A DNA stretch of 60,902 nt, the filler included. It is 3 parts of 3 records of this genome, joined end to end, with 100 filler letters (N's around TTAATTAATTAA, not from the genome) between each part and the next. Parts side by side here need not be neighbours in the genome. Positions count along the whole stretch, not along the records: positions 1 to 26,449 come from SRR31156797_3592; positions 26,550 to 39,871 come from SRR31156797_3599; 1 more part is not named here. One strand, 5' to 3'. The translations under genes were made by a program, and so were the position numbers. Below are positions 21,624 to 31,279 of the stretch, piece after piece. How positions within the stretch are numbered: the first letter of the stretch is position 1; every line of letters begins with the position of its first letter. Under the pieces are notes generated by a model. The model worked only from the letters and a program-made list of their open reading frames with translations. It ran no database searches and was not told where the DNA came from.

Positions 21624-21899
21624 ATGTCTGATATCAAAGAACTTTTTTACTTAGGAATAGGCACAGCAATGCTTGCCAAAGAGAAGATAGAAGAAGAGGC
21701 TAAAGACCTAATGGAAAAAGGTAAAATCTCTAAAGAAGAACGTGACGAATTTGTTGCGAAAGCTAAAGCTAAAGGTATGGAAGAGGAGACAGAGTTTCAG
21801 AAAAAGCTCAAAGATATGGTGAAGGAGGTCATCTCTGAGATGGGACTCGCCACAAAAGAGGATATTGAAGAGCTTAAGGAACTCCTTAAAAACAAATAG
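21624..21899 (+). CDS. Phasin-family (PHA-granule-associated-like) small protein
   Basis: True start MSDIKELFYLGIG after GGAGG; MGLATKEDIEELK tail; typical partner of UbiB kinases. Confidence 0.75.
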   Translation: MSDIKELFYLGIGTAMLAKEKIEEEAKDLMEKGKISKEERDEFVAKAKAKGMEEETEFQKKLKDMVKEVISEMGLATKEDIEELKELLKNK

Positions 21900-23458
21900 T
21901 GCTTAAAAACTTCAGGCGATACTATAACCCGTTCAGGGTGTACACTGTTTTTCGTGTGATTCTGACAGTGTTTCTTATTATAAAGCAGCGTAAGAGCTTT
22001 CTTTTTGTGAAACCTCTTGCGCCACAAGAGCTTATCGAAAAGATTAACCATCTAGGTGCGAGCTTTATCAAGCTTGCGCAGGTTCTTGCCACACGTGCAG
22101 ATTTCTTTACGGATGAATATCTGTTATATCTCAGGCAGTTACATGATGAAATACCACCTATGTCAAAGAAGGATTTTCAGGCTGTTTTTGATAAAGCTTT
22201 CGATGGAAAGGTGTGTTTTCAATCATTTGAGGACGAGCCTATCGCCAGCGCCTCCATAGGGCAGGTGCACAGAGCTTTTTTGAAAGACGGGCGTGAAGTG
22301 GCGGTAAAGCTCCGTAGAAACGATATCCAGAATGTTATCCGTGCCGATATAAATATCCTTAATTTTTTCAATAAGTTATTCCGTCCATTACTATCATCAA
22401 ACACAAAAAATTCACTTGATGCTGTTATCGCTGAGTTTTCTAAAATGATAGTTAAAGAGGTCGATCTAGCTATTGAGCTTTCGAATTTGCAAAAATTCAG
22501 AGATGTTTACAAGGATGTCGGTGTTAAGTTTCCAGAGGGGTATTCTGAGTGCTCGAATTCGGATACGCTTGTAATGTCCTTTGTGCACGGCTACAGATTT
22601 GACGATAAAGAGAACCTTAAAAAGCTTAATATCAGTTTCGAAGATATAATGGAAAAGCTTGTACTTTTCTATGTAGATCAACTGTTTATAAATGGATATT
22701 TTCATGCTGATCCGCACCCGGGGAACCTATTTGTGACGGAAGAGGGTGAGCTTATCCTGCTTGACTTCGGTATGGTGCAGAAAATTCCTTCGAAAACGAG
22801 ACAGGCGATCATCCAGCTTGTTAAAGCGGCGCACGAGCGTGATTTTGAGCTTTATATCAAGTGTGCAAAGAGGCTCGGGATTATCTCGCAGGATGCACCG
22901 GACTTTGATATGCAGGATTTGGCAGAGCGTATCTTCGACATATTCGATAATGAAGCGCTCGATGCAACGAGTATGCAGGCACTCGCTTTTGACCTGCTCG
23001 ATTCTATGAAGACTATTCCTTATAAGCTTCCGCAAGAGGCGATATATATCATGCGTGTCAGCTCAATTATTGAGGGGCTGGGCACAAATTATATTGATAA
23101 TTTTAATGGTATCAAGGATATACTTCCTATACTTAAAGATAAACTGCCGGAAGCTCTCGGGTTCGATTTCGGCTTAGTTGAAACAGCGAAAAAAGAAGTT
23201 TTAGAGCTGCCGTTAACTTTGAAAAAAGTTAAGAAAATTATTGATGACATGGCAGATTTCAGCCTTGAGGTGAAGATTTCGCCTGATGATATAGAGCTTC
23301 TGAAACTCTCTCTATTTAAAAAACTACGTCCAGCCCTTCACGGTGCACTACTCATTGTCACCGCTTTTTTCATCCAGCGCTCAGGCATCCCTTACGATGG
23401 TATCATCGCTACTTTATTGTATGTTTTAGGTGTTCTTCGCATTGTTTTCACAGTTTGA
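21899..23458 (+). CDS. AarF/UbiB/ABC1 family atypical kinase
   Basis: FIKLAQ, ASASIGQV, VAVK, FHADPHPGN, LLDFG; C-terminal TMs. Confidence 0.92.
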   Translation: MLKNFRRYYNPFRVYTVFRVILTVFLIIKQRKSFLFVKPLAPQELIEKINHLGASFIKLAQVLATRADFFTDEYLLYLRQLHDEIPPMSKKDFQAVFDKAFDGKVCFQSFEDEPIASASIGQVHRAFLKDGREVAVKLRRNDIQNVIRADINILNFFNKLFRPLLSSNTKNSLDAVIAEFSKMIVKEVDLAIELSNLQKFRDVYKDVGVKFPEGYSECSNSDTLVMSFVHGYRFDDKENLKKLNISFEDIMEKLVLFYVDQLFINGYFHADPHPGNLFVTEEGELILLDFGMVQKIPSKTRQAIIQLVKAAHERDFELYIKCAKRLGIISQDAPDFDMQDLAERIFDIFDNEALDATSMQALAFDLLDSMKTIPYKLPQEAIYIMRVSSIIEGLGTNYIDNFNGIKDILPILKDKLPEALGFDFGLVETAKKEVLELPLTLKKVKKIIDDMADFSLEVKISPDDIELLKLSLFKKLRPALHGALLIVTAFFIQRSGIPYDGIIATLLYVLGVLRIVFTV

Positions 23459-23522
23459 TATTTCTATTTAATGAATATATAAATTGGTATAAAATGTTGC
23501 ATTGATACAAAGAGGTAATACT

Positions 23523-24443
23523 ATGGCTGTTCCTTCCTATGACAAAATAATGTATCCACTTCTTGAACTAGCTAAAGATGGACAAGAAAAAAACATCAAT
23601 AGCTTGCTTGAATCCTTAGCGGATATATTGAATCTTTCTAATGAAGATAGAACTGAGCGAATGCCTAATAAAAATAAACATCGAACAAAATTTCAATATA
23701 GAGCGGCTTGGGCAAAAACTTATTTAAATAAAGCTGGTTTAATATCAAACACTGGGAGGAGCAAGTTCATCATCACTGATGCTGGGGTGAAAGTTGTGAA
23801 TGATAAATTTATCACTTATCTTGACAGTAAATACCTAATGAAATTCAAAAGTTTTGCTGAGTTTATATCAAGAGACAAAGCTCAAGATACAAAAGAGAGT
23901 AATACTGAAATCGAGGGGCAAGCACCTGAGGAGAAATTGCAAAATGTTTTTGGTACTCTTAATAATACTCTGGTTTCAGATCTCTTAGATACGTTAAAAG
24001 ATTGTTCACCAAGCCATTTTGAGAAAATTGTTATTGATGTATTGCTTGCTATGGGGTATGGAGGGTCTGCAGAGGATGCTGGTTTAGCAATTGGTAAGTC
24101 TGGTGATGGTGGCATTGATGGAGTTATCAAAGAGGATGAGCTAGGGTTAGATAATATTTATATACAAGCTAAACGCTGGGAAGGTAATGTTGGTAGTCCA
24201 GAAATCCAACAATTTGCTGGGGCATTAGATGGGCAAGGTGCGTTAAAGGGTGTTTTTATTACGACATCCGATTATACAAAGGCTGCTTTAGGATTTCTAG
24301 AAAAGATGAATAATACAAAGAAGATTATTCTTATAAATGGGTATCAGTTAGCAAAATATATGATTAAGTACGGAGTTGGAGTTTATACAAAAGAAACTTA
24401 TGAGGTTAAAGGTATAGATAGCGATTATTTTGAGGAAGTTTAA
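23523..24443 (+). CDS. mrr: Mrr-type (type IV) restriction endonuclease
   Basis: Mrr_N (PSYDKIMYPLL, WAKTYL) plus GDGGIDG...IQAKRW catalytic domain. AGAGGT RBS. Confidence 0.92.
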   Translation: MAVPSYDKIMYPLLELAKDGQEKNINSLLESLADILNLSNEDRTERMPNKNKHRTKFQYRAAWAKTYLNKAGLISNTGRSKFIITDAGVKVVNDKFITYLDSKYLMKFKSFAEFISRDKAQDTKESNTEIEGQAPEEKLQNVFGTLNNTLVSDLLDTLKDCSPSHFEKIVIDVLLAMGYGGSAEDAGLAIGKSGDGGIDGVIKEDELGLDNIYIQAKRWEGNVGSPEIQQFAGALDGQGALKGVFITTSDYTKAALGFLEKMNNTKKIILINGYQLAKYMIKYGVGVYTKETYEVKGIDSDYFEEV

Positions 24444-24463
24444 ATAATTGTAGTCAAGTTTGT

Positions 24464-25087
24464 TTATTGTCCTCTTTTAAAAAAATAGCTTGTAATCATC
24501 TCTTGCAGCTCTTTTGTGAGTCTCTCCTCATCAGTATAGGCCTCAAAAATGACAGACCGGTGCGCGACCTCCTCTATGGAGTAGCATAGTAGTTCCGCAG
24601 CAGCCTCAAGGTCTTTTGGAGCAAGTGGTTCAGTGCTTGTTTTAAGGAAATTGAGAGTTGTTAGATAAATATCTTTCTCCCGCTTTTCAACCCAGCTCTT
24701 TATGTCGTCGTCTCTGACCTGAAGGGCGAGTATCTCTTTGTGAAAATTCATATTTTTATGGTGAGCACTTACAGCGACTTTGATGATAGTTTTTAAAATA
24801 TCTCGCTCAGAAGTACCACTTTGCCTCATATTTTCTACCATACCAAATATTTTACCACCTATCTCTTCTTCAGTGCGGTGACAAAGAGCCATTAGAACTG
24901 CTTTTTTATCTTTGAAATATCTGTAAAATGAGCCCACAGAAACGTCAGCCTCTGCCGCTATATGCTTTGCGGTGGTTTTATGAAACCCTTTAGCGCCGAA
25001 GAGCTTCATCGCAGCATTAAGTATTTGCTGTTTCTTCTCATCAGCTCTCTGTTGCTTCGCTTCGTATTCCCCATTCTTCCAAGTCAA
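24464..25087 (-). CDS. TetR/AcrR family regulator
   Basis: ILNAAMKLFGAKGF...IAAEADVSVGSFYRYFKDK HTH. TTG start at 25087 after GGAGG. Confidence 0.9.
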   Translation of the reverse strand: MTWKNGEYEAKQQRADEKKQQILNAAMKLFGAKGFHKTTAKHIAAEADVSVGSFYRYFKDKKAVLMALCHRTEEEIGGKIFGMVENMRQSGTSERDILKTIIKVAVSAHHKNMNFHKEILALQVRDDDIKSWVEKREKDIYLTTLNFLKTSTEPLAPKDLEAAAELLCYSIEEVAHRSVIFEAYTDEERLTKELQEMITSYFFKRGQ

Positions 25088-25091
25088 AGAT

Positions 25092-25658
25092 TTATTCCTC
25101 CATCCTCTGGAAAAGAGCACTTTTCTGGCGGGAGACAACTGGTGCACCTATATGTTTCAAACCGGTATTTTCAGCCATTTTTATCTCTGCCGCAAAGTCT
25201 ATCCCGTGACCATTTGGCTCTAAGACCAATAGCTTACCCTCTGGTTTTAGCAATGTAAACATCTCTTTGAGTGTGCCTTGCGGGTTAGGAGTTTCGTGTA
25301 GAGAGTTACTCATTAATATGAAGTCAAACCTTTCACTCAGACCTATAGTGTTATGCTCACATAAGTGAGTTTCTATTATGCTGTCAAAGCCTTTCTTAAT
25401 CGCTCTCTTTTCTACCTTGTTGACCATCTGCTTTTGGACATCGACGGAAAAAACCTTACCATCAGCTCTGACCAGCTCAGCCATACCGATTGAGTAGTGT
25501 CCGAACCCGCAACCGAAATCCATGACGGTCATTCCTGATGTTATATAAGGTGCGAGTACCTTCGCCGCTGGATGTACCATCCGTCTTACGGGGTTATCAA
25601 GCATGATGCCTAGCCACCATGGAAAGATATGGTGCTTTTTATTTACAGCCGTGTTCAT
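25092..25658 (-). CDS. Class I SAM-dependent methyltransferase
   Basis: VMDFGCGFG, SVDVQ, LHE, LKPEG motifs. AAGGAGG RBS. Confidence 0.9.
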   Translation of the reverse strand: MNTAVNKKHHIFPWWLGIMLDNPVRRMVHPAAKVLAPYITSGMTVMDFGCGFGHYSIGMAELVRADGKVFSVDVQKQMVNKVEKRAIKKGFDSIIETHLCEHNTIGLSERFDFILMSNSLHETPNPQGTLKEMFTLLKPEGKLLVLEPNGHGIDFAAEIKMAENTGLKHIGAPVVSRQKSALFQRMEE

Positions 25659-25684
25659 ATTTGCCTCCTTACAGTTGATAGATA

Positions 25685-25742
25685 AAACATGAACTAAAGG
25701 TCAGTTTTTGTCAAGCAATAAATATGAATAAAGGTTCATGTT
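25685..25742 (-). promoter_or_regulatory. Promoter with two imperfect palindromes (candidate TetR operators)
   Basis: aaacATGAACtaaagGTCAGtttt and aatATGAAtaaaggTTCATgtt flank a minus-strand TTGACA (25709-25714). Confidence 0.6.
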
Positions 25743-25752
25743 ATGTAGCAAT

Positions 25753-25784
25753 AAAAAAAGGGATGCCCGTTAGGACACCCCTTT
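25753..25784 (-). terminator. Rho-independent terminator of nifJ
   Basis: Minus strand aaaggggtgtcc-taac-gggcatccc-ttttttt. Confidence 0.8.
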
Positions 25785-25811
25785 AGTTTATATTTGATTG
25801 TTACTTACGTA

Positions 25812-26449
25812 TTAATCAAGTGAGTAGTCAGCTTTAGCGAGCTCGCTGTAAAGCTTAAGTCTCTGCTTAGCTCTCTTATCAGCGAAATCACCAAGTTTAG
25901 CCGCTTCCTCAGGGAACATCTTCTGTACAACACGGAATCTGTTCTCAGTAGCCATGAACTCTTTGATAGACATTGTAGCTTCCTTGCTGTCGATTGTGAG
26001 AGGGTTTTTACCTTCTTCACGGAGAGCAGGGTTGAATCTGTAGAGTGGCCAGTAGCCGGACTTAACAGCTTTCTTCTGAGCTTCAACACCTTCAGTCATG
26101 TTGATACCATGAGCGATACAGTGTGAGTATGCGATGATGATAGATGGTCCGTCGTGAGCTTCAGCCTCTACAAATGCTTTGATAACCTGTGCTGGGTTAG
26201 CAAGGGATACCTTAGCAACGTAGATGTGACCGTAAGTCATAGCGATCATACCGAGGTCTTTCTTCTCAGACTGCTTACCTGATGTAGCGAATTTAGCCTG
26301 AGCACCGATAGGTGTAGCTTTAGAAGCCTGACCACCAGTGTTAGAGTAAACCTCTGTATCAAGTACAAGTACGTTGAAGTTATCAGTAGATGCGAGTACG
26401 TGGTCGAGACCGCCGTAACCGATATCGTAAGCCCAACCGTCACCACCAA
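25812..26449 (-). CDS. nifJ: Pyruvate:ferredoxin oxidoreductase, 3' part (cut by contig end)
   Basis: The frame of ORF 25812-26249 continues upstream: GGDGWAYDIGYGGLDHV, DTEVYSNTGGQASK, KKDLG, AYSHCIAHG, GYWPLYR. Confidence 0.95.
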
Positions 26450-26549
26450 NNNNNNNNNNNNNNNNNNNNNNNNNNNNNNNNNNNNNNNNNNNNTTAATTA
26501 ATTAANNNNNNNNNNNNNNNNNNNNNNNNNNNNNNNNNNNNNNNNNNNN
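26450..26549. other. Artificial contig spacer (N44-TTAATTAATTAA-N44)
   Basis: N runs around a six-frame-stop linker. Bacterial genes lie to the left and archaeal genes to the right. Confidence 0.98.
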
Positions 26550-26657
26550 TACAAGCTCTCGTTCCAGGCACGCAAGCTTCCGCTCATTGCAGAGATGATA
26601 GCAGAGGCACTTGAGAATGACATGGACGTGGAACATGGCTACCTGAGGGAACTATGA
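26550..26657 (+). CDS. 3' end of an unidentified gene upstream of metV (partial)
   Basis: Open frame YKLSFQARKLPLIAEMIAEALENDMDVEHGYLREL* whose TGA overlaps the metV ATG (ATGA). Confidence 0.6.
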   Translation, partial: YKLSFQARKLPLIAEMIAEALENDMDVEHGYLREL

Positions 26658-27265
26658 TAATCTCGTCTGCAAAGCCCTTTGAAGAGATACTGGAACTATT
26701 GAAAGGTGAAGATGATATCTTTATCGTAGGCTGCAATGCCTGTGCCGCCAAACAACAGCTTGGCGGTGAACCGGAGGTGCTTAGCATGCGCAAGCGCCTT
26801 GAAGAGGCAGGTAAGAACGTAGTAGGATGGGTAATCCCGAGTGCAGCCTGCAGTGTGGCTTCATACGATTCACTTGTTCAAAAGAACCCCGAAATAAAGG
26901 AAGCAAAAGCGATTCTTGTAATGGCTTGCGGAAGCGGGGTCTCAATTATATCAGGAGTTACAGAGATGCCGGTTTATCCTTCCAATAACACACAATCCCT
27001 TGGAGGGCATACAGGAGGAGGGGTTGTAACTGAACTCTGCGCCATGTGCGGGGATTGTACTGTTTACTATTTTGGTGGAATCTGCCCCAGAGGACAGTGT
27101 CCTAAAAAACTTTTGAATGGTCCCTGTGGAGGAGCTATTGACGGCAAGTGCGAAGTGGACCCGGAAAAAGATTGTGTATGGGAACTAATTTTCAGCAAAC
27201 TGGAAAAGAGTGGCAGGCTTGACCTGCTGGAAAAGATATGGCTTGTTGAAGAGATAACAGAGTAA
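26654..27265 (+). CDS. metV: Methylenetetrahydrofolate reductase small Fe-S subunit (MTHFR_C, MetV)
   Basis: GCNACA, MACGSG, CAMCGDC, CPKKLLNGPCGG..DGKCEV...DCVW. Confidence 0.88.
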   Translation: MIISSAKPFEEILELLKGEDDIFIVGCNACAAKQQLGGEPEVLSMRKRLEEAGKNVVGWVIPSAACSVASYDSLVQKNPEIKEAKAILVMACGSGVSIISGVTEMPVYPSNNTQSLGGHTGGGVVTELCAMCGDCTVYYFGGICPRGQCPKKLLNGPCGGAIDGKCEVDPEKDCVWELIFSKLEKSGRLDLLEKIWLVEEITE

Positions 27266-28009
27266 TCGGTCTGATAATACGGATATTCCGTGATCAGTGC
27301 TGGTTTGCAGCCTGCTTTGCGGATAATACCTTTTGAATTTTCCATGTCTTTCACTTCGTATAACATTCTCTTCGTCAAGCTTGTTGACATGCCAGTGAAT
27401 CGTGCTCTTGTCCACTCCGAGCTTTGCCGACAGGTCCTTACCCGTGACTCCGGGTTCTTCAAGTATTGTTTCAAGTACATTTTTTCTGGTATTGTTCTTT
27501 ATATTGTCAAAGTACCCATCCACCTGATCCGTTGAAAAGTCCCGGTGGAAATATCGTGCACTCTTTCCGTTTCTGGGAGAAACAAGCATATTTGCCTGTT
27601 TAAGCTTATCCACATGGTACCGGAATGTGCCTCTTTTCATGCCCAAGGACTTTAATATTTCACTTTCCGTACAGCCGGGATTTGCTGATATGAAGGAGAT
27701 TATCGTCTCCCTGTTTTCCCCTCCCCTGCCAAGTTTGATCTTTCCCAATAAAAGAGGAAGAAACTTTGCAAGACTTAGAGACCAGAAAGAAAAAAGAGCT
27801 CCTATGGTAAGCAGTTTAAAGTAGAGAGGTAGTTCCCAGAAAGTCTCTGTGCAGTCTGCTCCGCTCGAATCAATGAGTTCAGGGGGAACATCGGAATCAG
27901 CATGAGGAGTGACAACATATTCAGCACTTACTGAAAAGCATGATACTAAAACAAGGATCATGAAGCATGTTACTTTTACTAAAATGCCTGTTTTTGCTTT
28001 TATTTGCAT
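27185..28009 (-). CDS. Membrane-anchored double winged-HTH transcription regulator (Methanosarcinales type)
   Basis: Hydrophobic N-terminus and TM, then two HTH repeats (NPGCTESEI..GTFRYHV; EPGVTGKDL..STIHWHV). Start uncertain (28009 or 28045). Confidence 0.8.
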   Translation of the reverse strand: MQIKAKTGILVKVTCFMILVLVSCFSVSAEYVVTPHADSDVPPELIDSSGADCTETFWELPLYFKLLTIGALFSFWSLSLAKFLPLLLGKIKLGRGGENRETIISFISANPGCTESEILKSLGMKRGTFRYHVDKLKQANMLVSPRNGKSARYFHRDFSTDQVDGYFDNIKNNTRKNVLETILEEPGVTGKDLSAKLGVDKSTIHWHVNKLDEENVIRSERHGKFKRYYPQSRLQTSTDHGISVLSDRLLCYLFNKPYLFQQVKPATLFQFAEN

Positions 28010-28298
28010 GTAAACCCCATTTCTTTTGAGCATCCGGTACAACAATATGTAGATATGAGCTACCTTTGAACAATTGTTGAAGGAAATGATAAAAAATATA
28101 CTATTTATTGCTTATGGCCAGGCGTTCCAACTGAAGTTTGGTGACTATGCAAGCAAAAAATCACATGTTTTCAACTAAAAAGAGCAGTCAACAAGAAGCG
28201 TAGCCTAGCGACATGCCGAACAAAATCCAGACATGATTAGTGTTACTATTATAAAAATAATCCTTATTAAATACACACATAGCTAAGCAAACTGCCAT

Positions 28299-28461
28299 AA
28301 AAGTTAAATAGTAACCAAAGTAATTTTGCAATGTCTCATTGTAATAATGCGGAGTGGGGACCAAACTAAACTTGCAGAGTCGGCTTGGACCCCGGAACGC
28401 CCTAAGGCAAGGTTATGGTTGGCTTTGATATTGTTTAAGGTTTACGTGATCTTGCCTCAGG
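28299..28461 (+). promoter_or_regulatory. Archaeal TATA-like box followed by a structured 5' leader of the C39 gene
   Basis: aaaagTTAAATA near 28299-28310; hairpins 28356-28393 and 28401-28461; GAGGT RBS at 28477. Confidence 0.55.
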
Positions 28462-28491
28462 AGTAAAATTTGAAATGAGGTAAGAAATAAA

Positions 28492-29679
28492 ATGAAAATA
28501 AGTATAAAATTAGGATTGTGTACACTGTTTGTGTCTTTGTTGCTTCTAAGCTCAATTGTACCAGCAATTGGTGCACAGCCCGAAGACAAAAACAGTGTAT
28601 CAGTAGAAAAAGCTCTAGGGCATGCTAATGCATATCTGACGTATCATACAGCTGAAAATATGCCAGGATTTGAAGAATGGAATGGAGCATCGATTGATCC
28701 AAAACCACTTGAGCTTTATGACATTAACGATCAAAAGTTATACTATCTGTTCTCTGTGAAAAAGAAAGAAAATATAATTGGAAAAATGAAAGTAGGAGCA
28801 AATAAAAAATTAGGAACTTCAGTGCTCACCTTTGAGTTCAATCCTACACCCATGAAAATAGAAGAAGCATTGAAAAAATCAATTGAAATTAGTATGGAAG
28901 AATACCCTAATTACAAAATATCTTCAACGGTGGTGGCGATATACAGCTATCCTAAAATAGGAGCGATGTCAGTTGTTTTAGACGATAAGGGTGAAATGCA
29001 TCGAATTATTGTTGATGCGTATACTCTGGAAACAGTACCAGATAAAAAAATAACTGAAACTGAGGATGGTATATGGTCAGTTTACGAACAGGTTTCCGAT
29101 ATTGATGCAGATGACAACATAAAAATATGGAATAAATGTGATGAATTCACTGAAGCAGTAAAAAACGCAAATAAAGAAGGACTCAGTACTTCTGAATATA
29201 TTGAAAAAAATCAGATACTCACCTCATATTCCTCAAGAAGCTATCCTTCTTGGAAGTTTCTTGATGTACCATTATATGGACAAGAAAAGTCATACTATTG
29301 TGCCCCTGCATCCGCACAAATGATTGCAGCATATTATGGTGTCCAGCACACTCAAAACTACATATATGCAATAATGGATGATGGTAGCGGCGGTAGATGC
29401 AGCCAAGCTGAGCAATTGAAATACTACAAAGCTTGGAGTGGGCTAGACAAGGATGGATCAGAAAAAGACACAAACCCTCAATATTCAGAAGCTGTTTCAG
29501 AAATTGACAATAATAGGCCTTTTAAATGTGCGGTGACTGGCCATGCACGTGCATGTACTGGATATCTGGACACTGGATCCGCATATTTGGCGATCAATGA
29601 TCCATGGCCAGTGGGACAAGGAAACCAATATTTAGAAGCATGGGGAAGCGTTGTAAATTACATATATGTGAGGGATTAA
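28492..29679 (+). CDS. Secreted C39-family (papain-like) cysteine peptidase with N-terminal pro-region
   Basis: Signal peptide; VPLYGQEKSYYCAPAS (Gln/Cys), GHAR (His), INDPW (Asp). Confidence 0.85.
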   Translation: MKISIKLGLCTLFVSLLLLSSIVPAIGAQPEDKNSVSVEKALGHANAYLTYHTAENMPGFEEWNGASIDPKPLELYDINDQKLYYLFSVKKKENIIGKMKVGANKKLGTSVLTFEFNPTPMKIEEALKKSIEISMEEYPNYKISSTVVAIYSYPKIGAMSVVLDDKGEMHRIIVDAYTLETVPDKKITETEDGIWSVYEQVSDIDADDNIKIWNKCDEFTEAVKNANKEGLSTSEYIEKNQILTSYSSRSYPSWKFLDVPLYGQEKSYYCAPASAQMIAAYYGVQHTQNYIYAIMDDGSGGRCSQAEQLKYYKAWSGLDKDGSEKDTNPQYSEAVSEIDNNRPFKCAVTGHARACTGYLDTGSAYLAINDPWPVGQGNQYLEAWGSVVNYIYVRD

Positions 29680-30270
29680 ATGCCCTCTTCTTTTTACACA
29701 TATATTAAAAATAGATTACCAACTACCAAAATCATTATAATCGTCTTGCTAAGCATTGGTATCGCAATCATCTTAGGAGAAATAAACAACGACACTTTGG
29801 CCAATGAGTCTGCTGCAGATGAAATCATTTACATAGGTGGGTTATACGTGGATTTTACGGATAACACTACAGAGAAGGAAGCAATTGCAGCTGTTGACAG
29901 AATTGCCCATGGGATAGAATATAGACTTAAATACAATATTAATGATGTTGCAGACAAATATTATGTAGAAATAGATGAAAATAACTACACTTTTAAGAGA
30001 GAGAAACTTAGACATGCAGAAAATTGGATTGAGACAGCAACAGACACCAAAAAGGAGGAACACTTTATTGTCAGTATATGGGATCCGCTTGTTGAAGAGG
30101 AAGATTTCCTGATCATACTGGAAAAACAAAACCTTTACCTTAAAAAAAGAATTAACTGTTACGTTGTATTTGAAGATGAAAAATGGATGAACCAAAACAA
30201 AGAGAAGATCAAAGAAGAGCTAATGGAAAATGAAAGAGTAATTGGAGTCTTTTTTGATTATGTAGAGTAA
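29680..30270 (+). CDS. UPF0228-like protein (Methanosarcinaceae)
   Basis: N-terminal TM, GGLYVDFTDNTTE, KYYVEIDE and IKEELMENERVIGV patterns. Abuts the C39 stop codon. Confidence 0.65.
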   Translation: MPSSFYTYIKNRLPTTKIIIIVLLSIGIAIILGEINNDTLANESAADEIIYIGGLYVDFTDNTTEKEAIAAVDRIAHGIEYRLKYNINDVADKYYVEIDENNYTFKREKLRHAENWIETATDTKKEEHFIVSIWDPLVEEEDFLIILEKQNLYLKKRINCYVVFEDEKWMNQNKEKIKEELMENERVIGVFFDYVE

Positions 30271-30678
30271 GGATACTAATTTGCCAGTTATGACCTTTTC
30301 CAAAGATAATGTTTCTCTTTTAATCAAATTTTGTTGTTTTTTGCGCAATCAATTGCACGGGAAAAAATCCAGAAACAAATGATCATGAATAAAAAAATAG
30401 GCCAGCTGCTGCTATGATTCCATAAAAGCAAGCCCCACATATGCAATTAATATTTCTATAAGGTACATCTTTTCCATCCCTGAATTGCTGGAAATACATC
30501 TGGATTCTGCTTACCAAGGAAAAGTAAACGATTCAAAAAGTGATGTTCATATAAAGAAAATAGAAGTGTAGTTTCAGTTCTATTTTTTGGCCATAAATTC
30601 TAAATAAATTACTAACTATTGTAGATTACTTAAAACTGATCTCATCTTTTTCAAAAAGGAAAATCCGGGGGAAATCTA

Positions 30679-31278
30679 CTGGCAAACAGTCTAAAATCCA
30701 ACATCACGACCTTTCTTGGATACATACTTCTACTCAATATATTATTTGTAACATTTTCAAACGCACAAAATATCACAGAGCCACCAGCCAATGAGAGTAT
30801 CCAGTCTTACGGAGATATCAAATTCGTATACATGGTGAGAGACGAGTCAAATCCAATATCAATCAAAGAAGCAAACAAAGTCACAGATACGATTCTTGAG
30901 AACTACAGAAAAGAACACAATAAAAGTTCTGTGCCATTGATATTTACAAGACAGGAATCACAAAAAGACACCGTAATCCTTGCCTATTGCTTTAGAATTG
31001 ACGGACATGGACTAACAAGTACCTACATAGGTGAGACAGGTGAAAATGATGGTGGCAAAAGCGTAGACAAGATTCATGAGCGTGCAGAAGACTGGTACAA
31101 AAACCAGGTTCTGGAAATTGCTGAAGAAACAACTGGTGAGCAACTGGAACATAGTGGCGAAGATAGCAATGCCGATACTGAAGAGAGCAATGATTTACCA
31201 ACCCCTGGAATTCTGAATTTATTAGTTGTTATTGGAATTGCCTTTTTGGTAATCAAAGGACTTAAAGGAGAATCATAA
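30679..31278 (+). CDS. Secreted, C-terminally anchored surface protein (PGF-CTERM-like tail); probable CTG start
   Basis: Frame is open 51 codons upstream of ATG 30832 and encodes a signal peptide. GGGGG SD precedes CTG 30679. Tail TPGI + TM + basic residues. Confidence 0.6.
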   Translation: MANSLKSNITTFLGYILLLNILFVTFSNAQNITEPPANESIQSYGDIKFVYMVRDESNPISIKEANKVTDTILENYRKEHNKSSVPLIFTRQESQKDTVILAYCFRIDGHGLTSTYIGETGENDGGKSVDKIHERAEDWYKNQVLEIAEETTGEQLEHSGEDSNADTEESNDLPTPGILNLLVVIGIAFLVIKGLKGES

Positions 31279-31279
31279 G

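Noticed and set aside
26494-26505. TTAATTAATTAA palindrome repeated at 39916-39927 as att sites or island ends
   Set aside because: It is a synthetic six-frame-stop linker embedded in N runs.
25812-27265. Apparent nifJ-metV neighbourhood, or archaeal genes transferred into a bacterium
   Set aside because: They are separated by an artificial N/TTAATTAATTAA spacer, so adjacency is an artefact.
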